From: Promethearchaeota archaeon
Lineage (GTDB): Archaea; Asgardarchaeota; Odinarchaeia; Odinarchaeales; JBHLKK01
Assembly (NCBI GenBank): GCA_048939465.1
Contig: JBHLPL010000020.1
Coordinates: 6,534 to 22,868, forward strand
Length of the DNA stretch: 16,335 bases
Direction of reading: 5' to 3'
The notes below the pieces were generated by a model. It made no database searches, was not told where the DNA came from, and saw only the letters and a program-made list of their open reading frames with translations. Below, in pieces: positions 15,685 to 16,335 of this stretch (the first letter of the stretch is position 1; each line of letters starts with the position of its first letter). The translations under genes were made by a program, and so were the position numbers.

Positions 15685-15699
15685 ATTTAAATATCTTTC
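15685..15699 (-). promoter_or_regulatory. Putative BRE-TATA promoter of the acyl-CoA synthetase gene
   Basis: The minus strand reads GAAAGAT-ATTTAAAT, a purine-rich BRE followed by a TATA-like box, ~55 nt upstream of ATG 15629. Confidence 0.45.
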
Positions 15700-15742
15700 A
15701 TGTCGCAACCGAACGAGTTAGAGGGATCCCCTCATTCAAGAT

Positions 15743-15817
15743 GAGGGCTAAAGTGTAAATATCGTATAGCTTATTTAGACGAGGGTGTAAAGACTCTATC
15801 GTTTTATATAGCTTATT
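15743..15817 (+). promoter_or_regulatory. Degenerate tandem duplication containing a TATA box (TTTTATATA, 15802-15810) upstream of the last ORF
   Basis: Blocks GAGGG, GTGTAAA, TATCGT and ATAGCTTATT occur twice in the same order. The TATA 9-mer is identical to the one upstream of purC. Confidence 0.45.
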
Positions 15818-15824
15818 AATCGAG

Positions 15825-16335
15825 GTGAACTTCATCAGTCTAATAAAGATTTCGAAACGTATATTACACGACGACAACATATCCATAATCTTGCAGAGCA
15901 ATCATCTTTTGGAGTTGAAAGACTTGGGTGACAGTGTGGCCCGGAGAATATCAGAATTCATTGAGATTTTCAACAGTGCTTTAACATTGATTTCACACAG
16001 CTTTCCAAAGCAACTCATACCACTAGGAAAGACCAGAGACAATCGCCTTGCAAACTTCATCAAAGCGATGGACGAAACCGAGGGAGCACTGGACAAATTC
16101 GGAAGATGGATCAAGGCAAATAAAGAGATGGCACACTGTATGAAAGGATTCCTGGAAAGCTTGAGCAAATCAGCTTACGATAAAGACGAATTCATGCCTC
16201 GAGTTAAGCTTTTTGTTATACCGATTTTCAAGGATATTATGAAAGCACTTGATACATCACGGAATTTCGCCTCAGAAATTGGCGATCTTCTCCCTACTGT
16301 CAAGAAGATTGCTGAAGGACACTCTAGTACAGTAC
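15825..16335 (+). CDS. Hypothetical protein, predicted mostly alpha-helical, truncated by the window end
   Basis: The frame is open from 15759 to the end with no stop, which probably explains its absence from the track. It reads LQSNHLLELKDLGDSVARRISEFIEIFNSALTLISHSFPKQLIPLGKTRDNRLANFIKAMDETEGALDKFGRWIKANKEMAHCMKGFLESLSKSAYDKDEFMPRVKLFVIPIFKDIMKALDTSRNFASEIGDLLPTVKKIAEGHSSTV. Start uncertain (GTG 15825; TTG 15891, 15909, 15915 or 15924; GTG 15936). Confidence 0.7.
   Translation, partial: MNFISLIKISKRILHDDNISIILQSNHLLELKDLGDSVARRISEFIEIFNSALTLISHSFPKQLIPLGKTRDNRLANFIKAMDETEGALDKFGRWIKANKEMAHCMKGFLESLSKSAYDKDEFMPRVKLFVIPIFKDIMKALDTSRNFASEIGDLLPTVKKIAEGHSSTV

Noticed and set aside
15698-16168. 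Track ORFs 15698..15901- and 15902..16168-
   Set aside because: The first spans the AT-rich promoter region, and the second is antisense to the longer, more protein-like + strand frame.

Overview
Archaeal genomic window. The eS25 ribosomal protein, PurP and archaeal-type PurB, GGAGG(TG) ribosome-binding sites and TATA boxes point to a TACK- or Asgard-type lineage, but the taxon cannot be fixed from sequence alone. On the + strand: rps25e, an M20 ArgE/DapE-family metallo-amidohydrolase, then an ~11.6 kb tightly coupled de novo purine cluster, purC-purS-purQ-purL-purF-[HAD hydrolase]-[PfkB kinase]-purE-purB-purM-purP. On the - strand a convergent acyl-CoA synthetase (acetoacetyl-CoA-synthetase-like) follows. 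A divergent, predicted-helical hypothetical ORF runs off the right edge and is missing from the ORF track. No mobile element, CRISPR array, tRNA or rRNA was seen. Main points of interest: (1) an uncharacterised HAD phosphatase + PfkB kinase pair embedded in the pur operon; (2) purM can only start at a non-canonical CTG, so the ORF track truncates it by 60 codons, and most pur genes use non-ATG starts; (3) substitutions at normally conserved motif positions in PurE, PurM and PurF; (4) candidate operators and repeats in the intergenic DNA. All calls come from motif recognition by eye; no database search was run.
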